Source of the DNA: Selaginella moellendorffii
Taxonomy: Eukaryota > Plantae > Lycopodiophyta
Length of the DNA: 64,000 bases
Assembly (NCBI RefSeq): GCF_000143415.4
Contig: NW_003314266.1
Span: forward strand, 3,666,398-3,730,397
Reading direction: 5' to 3'
Part shown: piece after piece, positions 60,400 through 64,000 of the stretch
Position numbering within the stretch: position 1 is the first letter of the stretch
How the letters are laid out: each line of letters begins with the position of its first letter
Program-made: the position numbers and the translations under genes
The notes under the pieces: generated by a model
Told to the model about the DNA's origin: nothing
Seen by the model: the letters and a program-made list of their open reading frames with translations, nothing else
Database searches by the model: none

Positions 60400-62900
60400 A
60401 CAGTTTAGGGCATTTCATGTTCTTAGAATATTCCTTCTGAAAATATCTCATTTTCTTAAATAAATAAATACAACTTTGGAATGATGGTTTAAAAGGAGGT
60501 CCACCAAACGTTAAGTGATAAACCAGGTGATCTCCATCTAACCTCCCACCAATACCAAATTGCACTTTGTGCAAATTTGCTACCCACATCCCATGTTTCC
60601 TAAGCATTGCAGGCATAACCTTGTTGTTGTCAAACATTGCCATTGCCTGGATGTTTTCTCCAAATAGACAAAACCAAGGGCTTCTACATCAATAGTGTCA
60701 GATATCAAGTTTCCAAGCACCACCTTTCCTAAAACCCAAAAAGCCATCCATAAAAGAGAAAAGAAAAAGAAAAATAAGAAATTTACTAGTTACAAGTGAG
60801 GAGCTATTGTATTGATATGGCCTATTGTATATTTCTTGATGCAAGTCTATGGGAAGATTTGTTTAGGTTTCCAAAGTTGTCATCTTGCACTCTAAATCCC
60901 ACATGTTGACACACTTGAGTAATCTGATGAAGTAAAGCTTATCCTCCAGAAGTATGCAATTGTTAGCATTTTTTGGAGAAGATATAATGATTTATGTATT
61001 TGATTTTTCATCCTTGATAAATCTTTTTTTTTTAACTTAATTTGACTTTGTGTTTGCACTACATTCAGTCTAATCTAAAAAAGAGTTTATGAAAAAATAC
61101 AATAATGAATACTAAGCTAATAGATTAGTCTTGATTGATCTAGTTATAATTATGCTTAAGAAGGATCCACTAGTGCCATGCTAAATAATTGTGGATTAGC
61201 CTATTTGCCACTCATAGCAAACTTAGGGGAAGTTTAATTTTACTCATAGTAACATAATAACAATTCATAATAACCATTGATAGGTTTATATTAATCACAC
61301 CATAACCTTTAAGTTGTTAATATGCTTCATTTACAAGCCCAAGTGGACAAATGATTCATCCCAAATCCATTTTACAAACTCAAGCGAAAGCTTATGCAAT
61401 ATGGTACAAAAATGGTATACATTACTACTAGTGGTACTAACACATAAGTTTGGCTAGACTGTGGCACTCTTTCTTTTACATTTGCCAAAAAAAATTACCA
61501 AGCTCCACACTCAAGTGTATCCAAGCCTCAATGTACTAGTTGTCAACATGAAAGCATCCAAATCAAAAGTAAAGGCTTATAAGAATGTAACATAGCAAAT
61601 TTGAAATTCAGCAAAAGCTATATGTTTGGGTGCTTGGACACTAAGAGCTTGATTGAAATATATAAACACTGTTTAGAAAATATATTATGAGAAAAATGAT
61701 TGTTATAATGAAGCTCAAAATAATACAAGTGGGAATTCCAAAAACATAGTGAAAAATGGAAAAGCTAAAAATACCAACAGACACAAGTCAAAAATCCTAA
61801 AATGTTGTAAAAACTCTTAACACCAGTTGAAAGTCAAGCAACTCCAATAGAAATCCCTGAAAAATTAGCCAAAATTGAAGGAACTCTAATAGCATAGCTC
61901 CACTATGTCAAATGTAAAGAATCTAGAATAGATAGACATCACTATAGGATGGCTAGATAGCATATTTGGGGCTTTCTAAAAAACTTTTGCCTTGCTTTTG
62001 CTTTTAGAATATGGATGAGGAGAAACTTTGGTGTTGGAATTGTAAAATTCTTGCACTATAACTTTATCAAACTTTTGTAATGCACTTTACAATTGTTGAC
62101 AACTGTGATTAATCAATCTGTGTTGCCCATCCCAGACCTCTCCATAGTAGGCTATCTAATGCCCCAAACCATAAGGAATACTGCTCAAGACCTATGTGGA
62201 GATTATGACCTACCCTGTCAGCTACCTCCTTACCATCACAGATCACTTGAACTCTTCATCCATGCTTGGGTGTTTTAAAAACCTATGCAAAATATCTTGC
62301 TTCACATTGAGTGAGAGTTGTTATGTGGCCTTGAGAAAGCTCTCCACAGGTTGTTTGGCTATCCTTCTATCTCCTATCTCAGCCATTACTCTATGAGTTC
62401 CAGCTCTCCACCATTACCCTCATGTAACTGGTACAAGTAGTGTAATAATGATGTCATCTTGATGTTGTGACACACTCCTATTGGATAATTAAATGTATGG
62501 AAAAAAGGGAGAGCTCACAAAGCTTTGTTCTAGAACCATGCATGCTTAAGTTGTAAATGAGCTCATAACATGTGGAAATGGAAAAGATGACCATCATCAC
62601 TTGGAAGTGGAGCACACTTCCAAGTAGAATCTTTGTTGTATGGTTAACATTGGTTGTTTCCAGTTTATTCTAACTAAAAATAAAGGTTTGGGTTTATCTA
62701 ATAGACTTATATTCTATATTTAGAGAAGTGGGGATATATACATACATAAATATATATACATATATAAAATTCATATAAAATTTGTGATGCATGAGATATA
62801 TTAACAAATTGCTGTTTCTAATAAAGTTAGGACAAAATGGAATGTGAGAAGAATACATATGGCACTTCCTAAGCTAAATAAATTTTAAAAAATATAAATA
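60400..62900. other. AT-rich degenerate region, probably old transposon debris
   Basis: Abrupt drop in GC, only short broken ORFs, no diagnostic motif recognised. Confidence 0.35.
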
Positions 62901-62955
62901 CCTATACTGCAAGCTATATATTTCTATTTTATATATATATTTTATATTTTAAAAA

Positions 62956-63885
62956 ATGAATTACAGTTTTAGTTTTTCTATTTGTCATACCAAGAAAAAT
63001 ATTTTATATTTATACTTTTTATTTTATATTCACAGTTATTGTGTTTGTATTAAAACATTGTATGAAAATCCAGCAGGGGTTATTTCAATTGAGGTTAGAC
63101 AAAACATAATAATACCAACTATTAAAGAGCTTATTAAAGAAGTAGGCAAAAGAAAAGAAATTTTTATGGGATTTTCTTACTCTAAAATTTTACATGAACA
63201 AGATACTAGCTTACTTATTACAATAAGTGCACTTGACATGCAAATGTCAAGAAAAAACTTTTATATATATTGTACTATTATTCCTTTTCTTTTTACTTTA
63301 AATAATGGTAAAGCCATAGAGAAAGAGTTTACTTTAACATTACAAAATTATGTTGAGCAAGACTTAGTAACATATGGATCTGTAGAGTATATAAATGGAA
63401 GATATTCTATATCATATGTATTAGATAAAGATAGTAATGTTTACTTACAAGAGTTTCTAAATACTAATAATTTTATTTTATTTAAAGAAGAAACAGATTG
63501 TATTCTTCATAAAACCTGTATTAAAAGTGGACCAAATTATTCATCATTTTCTCGCCTTAGGGAAGGAGAGTTTCTTCAATCACCAAATTTAGTATTTATT
63601 TTATATATGCGATTTGATTGTAATCTTGTGTTATATTATGGTAAAATTTCTATTTGGGATACTGAAACATCAGGAAAAGGTATTGGATGTTTTCTACGTT
63701 TTCAGAAAGATGGAAATCTTGTTATTTATAATCAGTATCATAACGTTGTATGGTCTTATGATATTTATTGGAAGAATATTTGGGTTACATTTTCATTATG
63801 TGTAGAAAATACAGGTCATGTTACTGTATATAATACAAATAATCAGACATCTATTTGGAGAAGGCCTATAGAAAGAAAAAAATGA
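62956..63885 (+). CDS. Unknown N-terminal domain + B-lectin protein, AT-rich paralogue of 20671-21507
   Basis: 309-aa open frame in very AT-rich DNA. Hydrophobic N-terminal stretch; INGRYSISYVLD and IKSGP shared with 20671; MRFDCNLVLY..FQKDGNLVIY..VVWS lectin motifs. Confidence 0.85.
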   Translation: MNYSFSFSICHTKKNILYLYFLFYIHSYCVCIKTLYENPAGVISIEVRQNIIIPTIKELIKEVGKRKEIFMGFSYSKILHEQDTSLLITISALDMQMSRKNFYIYCTIIPFLFTLNNGKAIEKEFTLTLQNYVEQDLVTYGSVEYINGRYSISYVLDKDSNVYLQEFLNTNNFILFKEETDCILHKTCIKSGPNYSSFSRLREGEFLQSPNLVFILYMRFDCNLVLYYGKISIWDTETSGKGIGCFLRFQKDGNLVIYNQYHNVVWSYDIYWKNIWVTFSLCVENTGHVTVYNTNNQTSIWRRPIERKK

Positions 63886-64000
63886 GTTATACTTATGAAC
63901 AAATAAGAAATTAATTTATATTTAATTTTAAATAAATGTATACGAATTACTGAATAAGTAGATATTTTAGGACATAATTATTTTAAGAAATCTCTCAAGG

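Noticed and set aside
1-64000. CRISPR arrays, tRNA/rRNA genes, telomeric arrays
   Set aside because: None seen; AAACCCTA occurs only as isolated telo-box-like words near gene starts.

Overview
Eukaryotic nuclear DNA from a very compact land-plant genome. Introns of about 50-60 nt, a kintoun gene (flagellated sperm), PLS-class PPR genes and a GRAS expansion are most consistent with the lycophyte Selaginella (inference). Zone 1 (1-8.9 kb): ultra-dense genes, namely a PB1-domain protein, PsaG, TAB2, kintoun/DNAAF2, Ycf33, a fungal/bacterial-type DOPA 4,5-dioxygenase, a Rossmann-fold protein and a GRAS gene with a nonsense mutation. Zone 2 (8.9-22.6 kb): an accessory island bracketed by inverted GRAS paralogues. 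It holds BAHD fragments, a decayed autonomous Helitron, a secreted aegerolysin, PPR debris and a secreted unknown-domain/B-lectin gene. Zone 3 (24.5-53.4 kb): about 2.5 mosaic tandem copies of an ~11.4-kb block (ABC1 kinase/beta-lactamase gene, CTD-phosphatase pseudogene, inverted GRAS pseudogene, PPR pseudogene, GRAS gene), plus a 152-bp solo LTR. Zone 4 (53.5-60.4 kb): class III peroxidase, Alfin-like, intronless TIC32-like SDR, PLS-E PPR and a small 4-exon unknown gene. Zone 5 (60.4-64 kb): AT-rich debris with a second unknown-domain/B-lectin gene. The best candidates for undescribed biology are the secreted aegerolysin with its neighbouring B-lectin fusion family, the microbial-type DOPA dioxygenase in an operon-like run of genes, and the GRAS inverted repeats. 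All family calls come from motif recognition by eye; no database searches were run.
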